A stretch of DNA of 63,035 nucleotides, filler included, from Reticulomyxa filosa (lineage: Eukaryota > Protista > Foraminifera): assembly GCA_000512085.1 (NCBI GenBank). It is 15 parts of 15 records of this genome, joined end to end, with 100 filler letters (N's around TTAATTAATTAA, not from the genome) between each part and the next. Parts side by side here need not be neighbours in the genome. Positions count along the whole stretch, not along the records: positions 22,984 to 27,300 come from ASPP01002374.1; positions 27,401 to 32,844 come from ASPP01020122.1; positions 32,945 to 42,012 come from ASPP01003636.1; 12 more parts are not named here. One strand, 5' to 3'. Shown here piece by piece: positions 24,032 to 37,331 of the stretch. The translations under genes and the position numbers were made by a program. Position 1 is the first letter of the stretch. Each line of letters begins with the position of its first letter. Under the pieces are notes generated by a model. That model was not told where the DNA came from. It ran no database searches and worked only from the letters and a program-made list of their open reading frames with translations.

Positions 24032-25770
24032 TTATATCAAATTGCCTATAAAAAAGACAATAGTGAAAAGATATGAACAAAAACACAAAAGTTTAAAAAA
24101 TTTGTAAACAAAAAAAGGAATGAAAATGTGGACAAACCGTTGACAAGACTAGTGTTAATGACAATGTGCTGCACATCTGAAAACACGCGCTCGACATTGT
24201 TTTTATCCGTCGCAAGAGTGACATGGGTGTAAATAGGTTTGTCTTTTGGGTTGGAATTTTGACTTTCAAATTGATGTTTAATGAATTCTATGCATGGCTC
24301 GTATTCATTAATACCATCGTATTCAGGGAAGCAAACAGTTAACGGATGTTGCTGAATTCTCTTCGCAAATTCATCTTGTTTGTTCAAGAACAATATCATT
24401 GCAGTGGTGGCAAACCATCGCAAATTGCAAATTTCGTTGAATAACTCAATGCTGTCGATCATTGAGTTGCATTGTTCATCTTCGTACATAATCTATTCCA
24501 ACAAAGACAAAAAAAAAAAACAAAAAAAGACGCATTTTGTTTTTAATCACTGCCACCTATGAGGAAAAACAAAACACAATACAAATTAGTCCACGTGCTA
24601 ACCTCATTATAGGCCGCTAAAGAAGCCACAAAGATGACTGCGGTAACACGCTCAAAACAGTGAATCCATTTCTTGCGTTCACTGCGCTGTCCACCGACAT
24701 CAAACACGTGGAAAGTGGTGCCATGGATATTAAACTTTTGTTCCACTACACCGGTAGTTCGATGTCTCACCATCAATATGTCCTTTTATTTTTTATTGTT
24801 GTGTATATCAGTACTGTAAGCACCCTCCCCTCCTGCTTACCAGTAAACTTTTTTTTTTTTTTGAAGAAGGGAGGGGAAGGGGGATTTGTTTAATCTTTGT
24901 TAAATGTGTCTGAAACTGATGAATTAGTTTTCCCCCCCCCCTCATTTGTTGTCGTGTTATCCATATCTATACATCCTAACCTTATCTGTGGGCACGTAGC
25001 CTCTGACCGCGATTCTTCGTACTTCATTGAAAAAGTACTCCGACGAGTCGTCAACTTTCAAGCGTGCACGCTCGCCAAATGTCGCCTTAATTGCTTCCTC
25101 TTTCCACAACAACTCCACTGCATCCGCAACTTCATCATTTACATCCATATCTCCTCTCACGCTTTCCATAAATTCCGCGGCAGGTTGACCTTCATCACTT
25201 ATCTTTTTTTTTCCACCCCCCCCCCCCAAAAAAAAACGTATACCCTAACCGTTATGAACTTCATAATAAACAACGAAATAAAAACAAATTAACTTTTAAG
25301 TTTCCGAATTTGTCCGGATCTTCATCTTTTAAGTCTTCAAATGCGTTAACCAATTCCTTCATTTGTTCAATAATCTGACTGTAAATGTGGTCTTTAAATC
25401 CTTGCCTGTCTTTATCTTGAAAACCTTGTCCATGGATTGTGCGTAGTTGCTTAAACAATGTGGATTTACCGGAACCACCTATGTCCCACATTTTTAATTT
25501 TTTTTTTTTGGAAGTGACATCATGTCTGTTGTTGTTAGCCTTTTCTTCTGTCCTCAAGAAAGACTGTATACGTTAAAAAAAAAGTTTATGTTGCATATAG
25601 TGTTGTGAAGGGGGATTTTAATATGTGTAATGTCGGATGCACACCCAATTCGTACCAGATCCCAAAAAAAGCAACTTTTTAACGTTGGCATCAATCTTTT
25701 TATCTTGATTCAGTTCCTTGGATACTTGGGTATTACTTCTTAAATCTTCTGAGGATGAACAACAGCCCAT
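24032..25770 (-). CDS. heterotrimeric G-protein alpha subunit (multi-exon)
   Basis: MGCCSS N-terminus, [50 protein letters not shown] and C-terminal GNLI* after the last intron. Confidence 0.96.
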
Positions 25771-26738
25771 CTTATTTTAATTGCACCACAAAATAATCCT
25801 GACTGGTTATTAGCGCCTTCGAGGATTATGAATTTTTATTTTGGCTCTTTGTTTCAAGTGCTAGTAACCAAGTACTTTTGTTCTTTGACACAATTGCACG
25901 AATAACTTAAAAAGTGTTATCTAATTATTTAATTAATAAATAAAAAACGTTGTGATATCCTAAAAAAAATCACTTAGAGTTTTGAAATTTGTAGAATTCA
26001 ATATTATGAATCAGAAATATAAAATTTAGTACTAACAGCGATTTAAGCAAAACATATTGAAACAGAAACTTATTGTACAAAAGAATTTAGTTAAAAAAGA
26101 GTGTATAATAAATACATCAACTTTTCAAAAGAAATAAAAAGTAAAAAACAAGAAAAAGTATTATTTACAGTTTCAAATTATAAAAAAAAATGCCAATGTT
26201 TATAGTCATTTGTTAAAAAATTTTCTCAGCACTTAAAAAAATTTACAACCTTTAAGGACATCCTTTAATTTAAAAATGATAGATGTTTTTCTTCATTTTT
26301 AGTCTAAATATCTGATTGCGTCAATTTCATTTATTCCTCCAATGCTTGAGCCATTAATTCGTAACATAAAGTAGGAGCTTCTTTCATTGCATAATTATCT
26401 TTACACAATGCAATAACTCCACAAGTTGTTACGCTGTGAGCGTATCTGTTTTTAAAAAAATCTTAAGATAGTGCAAAATAAAAATATGAAGCAAAAAGAG
26501 ATTCATTGAGAGGTCAAAAAACCTTTGAATATTGACGGAACTTGTTCCTGAAGAAGCATAAAAATTCATTTTTTTGTTTTCAAATATTTTTAAAAATTAC
26601 AAAACACTATTTTCAAAGTTTGTGTTGAAAATCTTTTGAAAAAACATGAGATATACGAAATTCTTTTTAAAAATTACACGTACTGTCAAAATCCTGTTTT
26701 ATGTTGATAAAGACCCCTTTCGTTAACATTGATCAACA

Positions 26739-27300
26739 ATGTCAAGTCATGCTGAAGAAAAAAAGATCCAAGTAATCGTACAACATTGGATCCGAATACT
26801 GCAAATCAAATTTGGATGGATTAACGAGCTTGACAAACTCATTGTCAATTATGTTCTTTTTTTAAAAAATAAAAATAAATAAAAATATTTAAATGTAATT
26901 TAAAATAGGTGTTTTATGAATTTATTTTTGATACATTTAAGATGTCATCCAAATTAATCAATACATTAACTGGACATGGCTATATACATAATATTGATTA
27001 TACAGTATTCGAGGATTGTCAATTCATTTGTTCTGGATCGTATGACAAAGCAGTTTGTGTATGGGATATTGATAACAACAAAACAATCGAATGTATTTAA
27101 AGGACATACATGTTTTGTGAATAGTGTAAAATACGGACCAAATGAATTATTAAATACAATATTATCTGGATCAGATGATTTTAGTGTTCGTTTATGGGAT
27201 ATTCGATCTGGTCAACAAATTCAAGTATTCAATGGACATTTATTTATTGCATCATCTGTTGAATATTCACCATTTGTAATAAATGATAGTATTGGTAATT
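26739..27300 (+). CDS. lineage-expanded WD40-repeat protein (3'-truncated; frameshift in an A4 run near 27080)
   Basis: N-terminal EEKKIQVIVQHWIRILQIKFGWINELDKLIVNY, an intron, then GH...ICSGSYDKAVCVWD and SGSDDFSVRLWDIRSG repeats. Confidence 0.75.
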
Positions 27301-27400
27301 NNNNNNNNNNNNNNNNNNNNNNNNNNNNNNNNNNNNNNNNNNNNTTAATTAATTAANNNNNNNNNNNNNNNNNNNNNNNNNNNNNNNNNNNNNNNNNNNN
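27301..27400. other. artificial contig-joining spacer
   Basis: N44-TTAATTAATTAA-N44. Confidence 0.98.
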
Positions 27401-27444
27401 CATATGCAACAACATACATCCGCGGTATGCATTACATCAATCAA

Positions 27445-27795
27445 ACTTGTATAAAGTGTGATGCCAAACATATTCCATGTCGTCCCAATGTTCAATTATT
27501 CCACGAGGCAGTGGACATCTGAAGACCAGACCTCTGGTTGATGCGACTTCTCCAGGCATGTAGGCTAACCTATTTTACACAATGAAGGAATTATTGACAA
27601 GAACAAATTTGGATGGAAGTCGTTCAGTTTAATTAGCAGTAACTTTGGATTGATTCCCATTATTATTGAGCGATGCTGTGGTCGCCCTACCGTGTTTGGG
27701 AATGCTTTAGCGGGGGCATCTTTTCCACAATAACCTGCTTTTATTGAAAAACCACCGTTATCAATTATACAACCAGCTGTCTCTCCGGCCAGCAT
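27445..27795 (-). CDS. divergent actin / actin-related protein (3'-truncated)
   Basis: IIDNGGFSIKAGYCGKDAPAKAFPNTVGRPQH, an intron, then PLPRGIIEHWDDMEYVWHHTL. Confidence 0.9.
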
Positions 27796-29007
27796 TACTT
27801 TTGTTTCTTGGAATTGAGTCCTTTCTTTACAACAAAGATTTTTTTTAACTTCAGAAAAAAAGATTCATGTTATTATTTATTATGACATGTTGTAAACATA
27901 CGTTCACAAAAAAAAGGTGTCAGTAATCTATTGTGTACATTGATGAATGTTAAACTTATTTTATTCACTTCTGTCTGCGGGAGTAGTGCTGGCACTAATA
28001 TGCATTGTACTGATACTGTTGTTAACACCGTTTCGCAAACTTTCAGTCTTAAGTCTTTCAACTTCGTCATTATGTGAAACGTAAAAGAACGAAAAGAAAA
28101 ACAAAAATATTGTTTTCTTTTTTTAATAGTCTTTTTTTATATTTGCAAGTTTTCAAAATTTTAATCTAATCAAAATTGAAAGAAACACCAACATGTTGAC
28201 GGCTTTGTGATTTATTTAAATTAGCTTTGGAGTATGTGATATTCCATCTCACGTGGACAAACTTTTTTTGATTTGAAGTTGAAAATCTGAATTTCTAAGC
28301 AGAAAATATCGTTTTCTTGACTAATAAGCTTTTTCAACAAAAAAGTTCAAATAATATTTTCAAAATTGGTGCATTTTATTGAAAGACCTTTTTGGGAAAA
28401 CATTTTTTAGTATTGTCTTTTCAAAGTTTTTTTAGCTCTGACAAATTTTCTAATTTTGTCAAATTACACTAATCGTAAAAATCATTATAGTCTACTGAAA
28501 CTTGTGTTCGGAACTAAGTTCATTTCGTATTACACTTAGTTTCACTCCCATACGCAAACACTGGTCAACAAAACTCTTAATCAAAGCTTTCACAGAGAAA
28601 AAGAGACAGCTGAGAAAAAGCAATGCTACAATAGAACGCTGTTGAAGATGTAGTGAAAGGCGGGCTGCTTTCAACATGATGTTCCCTTTGTTGGCAGATA
28701 TTAAAAATTTTCAAAACTTGTCTATTCTTTTGGGTCCCTACAAAATACACTATTAACCATCATTATTTTGTTCGTTGTCAAGTTTGAAGTTGAATATTCA
28801 TTGTAAAAATTTTAAATTTTTTTTGAGAAATTGACTTGCATTGTTATCTTTGTTCATACAAAAAAAGAATAAAGATTTTATTGTTTAAAAGTCAGGTGTT
28901 TTGTGTTTCGCTCAAGTTATCAACACAAAATAAGCAGGCATATGATATGCGTTTTTTATGTAAACAAACAAGAAATTTTCATAAATTGCACACTTGTTTA
29001 AAAAAGC

Positions 29008-31119
29008 TTATTTTTTAATTGCTTTGACTATTTTGGTAGCAGCATCGTCTAAATCACTGGCTGATTCAATCAACAATCCTGATTTATCCAATAATTTCTT
29101 TCCCTCGTCAACATTTGTACCAGCTAATCTCACCACCAAAGGAATACCTTTGGATTTCAAATTGATTTTTGATGCTGCGGCAATCACTCCACGAGCGATC
29201 ACATCACATTTCATGATACCACCAAAAATGTTCACCAGAATTCCTTTTACATTAGGGTCGCTTGTTAATATTTTGAAGGCTTCTTCGACTTGTTTTTCGT
29301 TGGCTCCACCACCAACATCCAAAAAGTTTGCTGGTTCTCCTCCGTGCAACTTGATCACGTCCATTGTGGCCATTGCCAAACCAGCTCCATTGACTAGTTT
29401 TTTTAAAAAAAAAACACACCATCACAATGAGTGTACAATGCAAGTAAATGTTACAAGACATAAAAACAGACACTACATACCCATGCATCCAATATTTCCG
29501 GCTAAGCCTACATAATTGAGTCCAACGGCTTCAGCAGCCACCTCTCTAGGATCTTCCATTGTGGGATCTTTCCAAGAAAATATTTCCTTGTTTCGAAATC
29601 CCGCAAAATCATCAAAGCCTAATTTTGCATCAACGCAATACACTTTCTCGTTGTAATGTTCCTTTGTAGTTTGTACAAATGGGTTAATTTCTACTTGTAC
29701 GCAGTCGTTCTTTGTGAATAAGTCATAAAGTCCTTGCATCTATTTACATCCAAGCCGACACGCCCCCCAAGCAGTGTTTATCTATCATAGTCACTCTAAG
29801 GCCGTCTTTTATACTTTGCTGCGACACTTACAAAGAATAATTTTCGCTAGAGACACACCTGAACCACGGCGTCGTCCACAGCTTTGCCAGTGAAGCCCAA
29901 AAACTTTGCCATTTCTTGGCCAATTGATTTGGTCAATCCTTGTCGGATATCTATCGGAATCTGTTGAATATCAATTTTAACAAACCAAAAATGCAATTTA
30001 TGATTGAATGTTTATGTCGCAGGGTGTTTTTTTTTTAACAAAAAAAAAACTCTATGCTAAACAGTTTTTATTTTATCCGGATATTTCTCAGCCACTTCTT
30101 CGATTTCCATTCCTCCCATTGGTGAACCAACAATGACAGGTCCGTCATAAGCTCGTTCCAACAAGAAGGCCAAGTAGTATTCTTTCGCAAAGTCTACACC
30201 CTCATGAACTAACACGTATTGCACTTTTTGACCATCAGGGCCAGTTTGATTTGTTACCAATGTCTTTCCAATCATTTCTTTTGTCATGGCTTCTACTTCT
30301 TCGGGTCTGCAAAAAAATATTAGGGGGAAAAAAAAAACCACATCATTACCTTTTTTTTAAAAAAAATTTTCTCTCTTCCCTTGTTGGTGAGAGTTCAGAA
30401 CAACTGGGGAGCTTTTTTTTGTTGTCATTAGGCTCATCAAAAAAAAACTTTGTCCTTGTGAGACAGTGTACAAAAAAAAAAACATAAAAACAAAAAAAGA
30501 AAGAGAAGCACCCAACGATTGACAAACTTTGACACCGCCTTTGAAGCCTGTTTCTTTGAAATAACCTTTGCCTCGGCCACCAGCCAAGATTTGCGACTTG
30601 ACTACCAAATCTCGAGCACCGCTTGCTGTTTGTGTTTTGGTTTGAGGTTTTGTACATTGCACATTATCATAAAATTTAGTATTGAGTTTTTCTTTTCTCC
30701 CTCACCCACATCCCCTTTTCCTTTTCTTTCCCTTTCCGGTTTGTTTGTATTGTCAGTACACACGCCCCAAAAAAAAAATCGAAAACTCCTTAGTCAATTA
30801 TATCCTCGCTGTAACAAACCTCGCAATTCGATGGCGTTCTTCTTCGCTTGTGCAGGGGTTGATGCTAAAATGCCTCTTTGGACACGCACACCGTGTTTTT
30901 GCATTAATTCTTTAGCACGATATTCATGTAAGTTCAAAAAACGTGTTGGAGCCGATTGTTGCCTTGCTGCTGCCGTTTTTTTTTTGTTTGTTATTGTGTT
31001 TGTATTTGGGGTGTGTAGTAGGGAGAGATGAAACAAAACGTTTTTTTCTCCTCCCTCGTACTTACTTTAAATGTTTTGGAAAATTTTTTGGCAAAATTTT
31101 GACGCAAAGCGAACGCCAT
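29008..31119 (-). CDS. succinyl-CoA ligase beta subunit, mitochondrial (multi-exon)
   Basis: Targeting-like [13 protein letters not shown]; [98 protein letters not shown]. Confidence 0.97.
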
Positions 31120-31702
31120 TGCAAATAATAATTGTTTGTTTATTCGATTGAACAAATCAAACTAAGTGAGAAAAATCCTTTAGTTAACTTGAGCTTGTGC
31201 TACTGTTCAGTTGCTTGAAATGTGACAATACAACCTTACATAAAAAGTCTTTGCATAATGCATTATTCTGTCATTAACTTGATTTTGTGTCGTTTTAAAT
31301 GCACTCGAAATTTTGAATTTAATATTCGGGTTGGTGCAAATAGGTTTTCGTTAATTTTGAAGAAGGCGCTTTCATTTTGACAGATTCCCAAGAAGAGAAT
31401 GCCTTAGACATGTATCATCAAGAACAACATTGAACAGAAAAAAGTAGTGAGGGGGAGAAACCAAAAGAAACACGTTTCTCACAGCAATAAGGATCCTTTC
31501 AACAACATTTTTTCCATAATATATATGTTATTATTTTACTTTTAGTCAATTAATCAATCAGTTAATTAATTAATTGATCCGTTTGCATTGTTGTGTTCAC
31601 TTTGGTCTCGTGTTTCATCTACAAAACTATTTCTACTCCAGTTGTTTGCTGCAATTTCGCTGCTGCATCAGTGGGAGGTGCTTGTGTGCTGTGTTGTTAT
31701 TG

Positions 31703-32770
31703 TTATAGGATTTGGTGTTGCGAGACAAATTCACGAGTTAATGTTTTTGTTTTTAAAGACAAATAAAACTGAAAGTTGAGCGGATGGTTTTGGAACAATC
31801 TGAGGTTTGCCGGCTTCAAATTTAATTGCAAAGTTGCTTCCTCTTGGTCAGGATCGGTTTTTTCATCCTCCTGACCATCTCGTCTTTCTTTATACCGTGT
31901 TTTTTCTTGTTCCAACTTCCTGCGTCTTTCTGTTTGTTGAACAATGCCCAACTTGCGAACATAATCTCCGACGGTTAGATTGGCGCTGCTTACCGCTTTG
32001 CTTTCCACTTGATTTTGGCCAGCGTTTCTTCGAAACTCTTGAGCTCTCGATATGGCTCTTGTCACTTGTTTGTGTTGTTCCATGGTCAAATCTCCACAGA
32101 TTGGGCAAAGCTCTTCACTGTCCCAGTCCTTTTAACATATATGTATATGTATATACTTTTTTGTTTATCTGTTTTTTTTTTTTTTAAAAAAAGTATATCG
32201 AACCAGACAAGGAGAATGAATGGCATGACCACAAGCAAAGGCTTGAATGAGCTGTGATTTCTTAAGATTGATCTGCTGTTCAGTCAACCCGACTGTCATG
32301 CTCAGCGGGATATCGATCAACTTTCCTTCGCAAATCTTGCAATAGTTGTCCGGTGTTCTGAAAGCATGTCTGGACGTGTTGATAAATTTTTCATACTCTT
32401 GGAACGCCCCGTGTCCGAACAAGAGGACGGCCGTTTTCAACATGTTTGTTTCGTATTGATAAGTGCTCAGCATCACATCCACCGTATCGCGATAATGCAA
32501 AAACTCTTTGGAATTGCCCTTTTCCACCACTTTCAGAAACATCTTGCTCAGGTTTATTTTCATTCCCATCATCGCCTCCAATATGCGCCCTACAAACTCG
32601 CTTCCGATCGTCTTCATGTTTTCACGTACTTTGCGCGAATACTTTTCTTGGTACGTTTTGTTCGTCACTTTCTTCGCAATTGTCTTGTTGAATGGACAAG
32701 CACTCGTCGAGCAAATGGTCCCATAGCGCCTCTGCGGAGTCTGTCAGTTGATCTGTCTGTTCGAACATGA
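31703..32770 (-). CDS. VPS8: Vps8-like (CORVET subunit) C-terminal region with RING-H2 (5'-truncated)
   Basis: AEALWDHLLD, MLSTYQYETNMLKTA, CKICEGKL, AFACGHAIHSPCL and LCPIC across an intron; last exon uncertain. Confidence 0.75.
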
Positions 32771-32844
32771 GATATGAAAGGGGAGAGATACATTGCATGC
32801 ATATAAGCATATATGATGTAAGAAAAATAGAAGAGATTAAAAAA

Positions 32845-32944
32845 NNNNNNNNNNNNNNNNNNNNNNNNNNNNNNNNNNNNNNNNNNNNTTAATTAATTAA
32901 NNNNNNNNNNNNNNNNNNNNNNNNNNNNNNNNNNNNNNNNNNNN
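32845..32944. other. artificial contig-joining spacer
   Basis: N44-TTAATTAATTAA-N44. Confidence 0.98.
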
Positions 32945-33479
32945 CAAGTATTGAATCAACCAATTAAACTATCTTCAAATTGAATAGTACAATTACAATT
33001 TCATGTACTAACTTTTGAAACATTATTACATTCTAGAGAAAGACATGTTGACAGCAAGTTTTGTCTTTTGCAATACACAACTATGTGTAATAATTGTACA
33101 CCTAAATCTCTGTCGAAAATTCAACGTATTTACGTTCTTTTAGTACATAATAACACGAATGAATAAAAGGCAATAAACTGAAAAAAAGTTAAAAAAACCA
33201 ACAAGTTGTTGAGTATTCATTGAATTTATGAACAATAATCTGAAAACAAACAACACCAAAAAAACTTTGACGTGTCTTCTGGAATGATACAGGCTCAATA
33301 AACTGCATAATACACTGGCAAATTGCAATAAATAAAAAAAGAACAGTTTATTTGCGTAGAAAAACCTACCAAAAATTTTTTTTAATGAAAAAAAACATGT
33401 TTCAAATTTTGTATGCATCTCTGTTCCACGAGTGCTACAATTACTTTTTACAAAAAAAAAGGTGACTTGGAGTGGCATT

Positions 33480-35100
33480 TGGAACAAAGAACTCCACATA
33501 TCGATCGAATACTGACAATGAAGTCATAGTATGAACAGGGCCATCAACAAGTTGTCAATGACGTCCACAGCTTTGTTATTGTCATTTCGAATCTTTTCGA
33601 AAAGAGCTTTTTGAACATATATTGTCCAGACAAGCGTTTTTGTTGATATTGGAGACTTATGCAGGATGAGAAAGGGCGATGAATGATTCACGTTCGTTGC
33701 AACGACCCCATTGTATGTTGACAAAAGGGATATGAAAAGGATAGATTTCGGTGATGAGAATGACATTAAAGTCGCCCGGGTTGTAGCACATGCGACCGAC
33801 GCTGATTGTTATCGTGTTCGGGATACAGCGAGTGTTACACGACAATCCACACTGTCTTTTTTGGCAGTTTCCATTCTTGCTTCACAGTTTGTGTGGCAAT
33901 ATCTACTATCACAAATATGTGTAATTGCGATGGAAATTGAGATTGAGATTCGGATTGCGAGTATATGAAGATGAGGAGAAGAACGTTCCATGCTTAGGCG
34001 ACGTAGCCGACAATATGATGTGAAAAACAATGGAATGACAAGTTAATAGCATTTTGGAATGAAGCAAATCCCATATTTGCACTTGTTTGGAGGCATAGCA
34101 AACCATGTAAGGATTATCCGTCAAAGTGGTCAGGCTCCATAAATTTGCGATGGGAATGTACTTGAGCAGCAGATTCCAGCGTTCCAAATTGTCAAATTGT
34201 TCTTCATACAAATAAACAGCACACTGTACTCATCACATGTGACAGACTCTTGTCGGTAGTATCTAATCATTCACGATCTCTATGCCAAGTATCGTATTTG
34301 CGAATACTTCATTTTGTTCATCACTCCTGTTGTCCCTCCTTGTATTTTTTATGGGTACAAAATTGTTATATTTGAAAGAGATAAATTATACAATTAAAAA
34401 TTTAAAAAATCATTTTTATATGTTTGCTTTATTAACTGATACACAATTTGATAATCTATCTCTTCTCCAAAAAGTATAATGTGCGAAAGTGCCAAATATT
34501 ATTGAGAATGAAACAAGTCCATTTGGTATGTGCGTCATTGACATCAAGATCATTGTAGAGTTGAATATGAACCATTAAATTCAGGAGATGCTTTGCTTGG
34601 ATTTCCAAGTTGTAATGATTTTATTTTTAATTTTTTTTTCATCAAATAATATTATTGTTCGATGTCTATAATCAAATAAAATCTTATAGTCTTTCCATTT
34701 TCCATTCGATAGCATACATACTTTGTCAGGAATATTATATCTTTTTTTATATCTATTTAAGATGATTAGTTATATCATTTATATGTTTATATCATTTGTT
34801 TTATTAACAACAACAGAATAAATGCACACATATAATCAATACATGATTTATTGACTGGTTAATTGTTCGTAACAGTGCAACAGTAATAAGAATTGAATAT
34901 CACTATTCTGATAATAATTATTATCATCATCTCCTTTTTTGAATCCAAGATATTGCAAATCTTTTCCATATCCATAAATACCTGCTCAAAATCTGCACCT
35001 AACATATAATATTTCTTAAATAAATGGTTCTTTGTTAATTTGACGGTATTTGATGTGTTTAAGATATCTCAAAATATTCCATAAAATGTGCAAACACATT
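33480..35100 (-). pseudogene. decayed coding fragments (one with a WD-like VQIWDL motif)
   Basis: Stop-interrupted, codon-like segments; family uncertain. Confidence 0.3.
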
Positions 35101-36026
35101 TCTCTCAATATTTTTATTTCATTTTTTTCTTCTAACCTATTAAATAATATTTTTTGTTTTACTTTACAGTCATGCATACATATTGTACATATTTAACTCA
35201 TTTAAGTTGGAATTTGTACAAATCTCTCTTAATTTCTCGAACGTATCAGCATAAATTTGATTGCAATTTCTCCATACCTTCGAAATAGTTATTTTGTCAA
35301 GTTTATTACCAAATTTTTTTAGTATATACATTAAATATGATTGTTGTTGAAAAGTCGTGCTATAATTAACGTGTATTATTAAAATTAGTTTTAGAAAAAG
35401 GATACTTGAACAAGTTTATTGCCAAATGACGTCTTAACTTGTTGTCTACGATAAATCTGAGAATAATGACTGTTATTTCCAAATCTCCCTTGCACAACCT
35501 CCATGTCCTTGAGAAATTTCTTTTTCAATTGAAAATAATTTTTGAGACTGTTCCATTTGAGATATAGAAAAAGTAGTGAAAACTTTGTTGATGCAGCAAA
35601 AAAAAGAGTTTACAGTTTCCAACTTAATTTAAAATATAAACTTTCGTCGAAATTATTGGGAAAAAGATTCTATTCAAAAGTAAAACCAATTTATGAGATT
35701 GTTAAACTTTTTTGTTTTTTAATTTTCAAGAAAACTTTGTGATGTTGGTGTTTGAATTTTCCCTTTTCAAGAACATTGATCATTGTTTTAATTCAAATTC
35801 GGAAATAATACAATTTAAAAGGCCATCCTAATGTCTAGCAAATGTAAGTTGCAAAAATTATTAGATTCACTTAAATTACACAAAAAATTGAAAGAATAAA
35901 CAAAGAAAACAAAGTTTGCTGTCGTTTTCAATCTCAAAGTAGGAGTAAACGTGCAAAACGCGTTTACCAAACGTAGGAAAAAAAAATCCTTTTCTGTCGT
36001 GTTTTTTTCGTAAAAATTTTAAGACA

Positions 36027-37173
36027 ATGGGAAATGGTACATCTTGCAGTACAACAGTAAGAGTTAAGAATAATTATGGTTGTACTTTGGACTATGTAAC
36101 AGTGTATCACAAATTTCGACAAGACGGAAACGTCACAAGCAAGACTTGGGATAACGTTGGCAAAAACGAGACAACCAGCGCAGATTTTCGGGTGTACTAC
36201 AGAGTAGGTTTTGGTGCGATGACAGACTATGATTGGTGGGCAGTGAAGTTTTGCATTGGTGAAACGGAATATGCAATTGATCCTTACTTTGAGCCGTCTG
36301 GATTTAAAGGATGCTATTTAAAGGAAGAAGACGAACGTGGTCCAGTGACCATAATAATCAAATCAAATTCAACAGATGGTATATATATATATATTTAGGG
36401 TGCTATTTTTAGTTTTATATTATATAGCATACATTATGAAAAGGTATCGTAATATCTCCATATCGCTCATCGGATGCCAGTACAAATTATTCCAACAAAC
36501 CGGGAGGAGGATTACGATGTGTAACTAAAAATAAAGCAGTCCAAGCCATTGCCGTAGCAGGCTTGGCAGCGGCAACAGGAGGAGTTGGAACAGTAGTAGC
36601 GAGTACGGCAGTTTTCGGAATAACACATGGACAGGTTAATTGGAAAAAAAAAAAAAATGGAGTCGGAGGGGAGGGAAAGTATACGTAAATACGAAAATCA
36701 TTTGTTAAATAATATAAAAGGTTGATAATACGCGTGATGAATCTCTTGCAGTAAAGAGAATTAATCCTTATGGGCTAGAGTTGGATGACAAGGTAATAGA
36801 ATTAAAAGTCTTTTCAATATGGCTTTGCCACGGCGTTGTTGCAGCTCCAGGTAGCGTTTTTTCGTCAGTAACAGGTAATTCGGTTACTCATTGGTGGGTA
36901 CAACTTCAAACTAAAAACGCTTGGTACTGTGCCCAGTTCGCTGGCTCAATTTTGGAATTGACTAAACACAGCGACCCGTCTGAGGTGACAACACGTGGTA
37001 AAAGTTGTCGCAAAACTGACGAAAAAGTCAACATCACCAAAAAATTTTCATCTAAACCCGAAACCAGGACCATGCGAGATGTCGTCGAGTTTATGCGTAA
37101 GTACAACGGTTTCTATGACCTTGTTAGTAACAATTGCCAAGATTTTGCAACTACAATGTACAAATGGATCTAA
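36027..37173 (+). CDS. PUD-1/2-like domain plus Gly/Ala hydrophobic segment plus permuted papain (PPPDE/LRAT-like) domain; 3 exons, 331 aa
   Basis: Exons 36027-36378, 36444-36634 and 36721-37173 splice in frame. MGNGTS start; VRVKNN..VTVYHKF..W..DWWAVKF..FKGCYLKEED; AIAVAGLAAATGGVGTVVA; THWWVQL...YDLVSNNCQDFA. Confidence 0.8.
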
Positions 37174-37284
37174 AATATAGATCTTCTAATCTAAAAAAAA
37201 AATTTCAGTGAAAGATATTAATTACTTCTAACAAATTTTTTTGTTCATAAATGAAATTCATTATGGAGTCATATCTATAATACA

Positions 37285-37331
37285 TATAAGGTGCCACTTT
37301 ATGTGTCAACTTTCTTTTGCATTATACTGTA
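37285..37331 (-). mobile_element. degenerate copy of the pogo/Tc1-like TIR
   Basis: TATAAGGTGCCACTTTATGTGTCAACTTTCTTTTGCATTATACTGTA, a few mismatches from 4449..4495. Confidence 0.6.
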
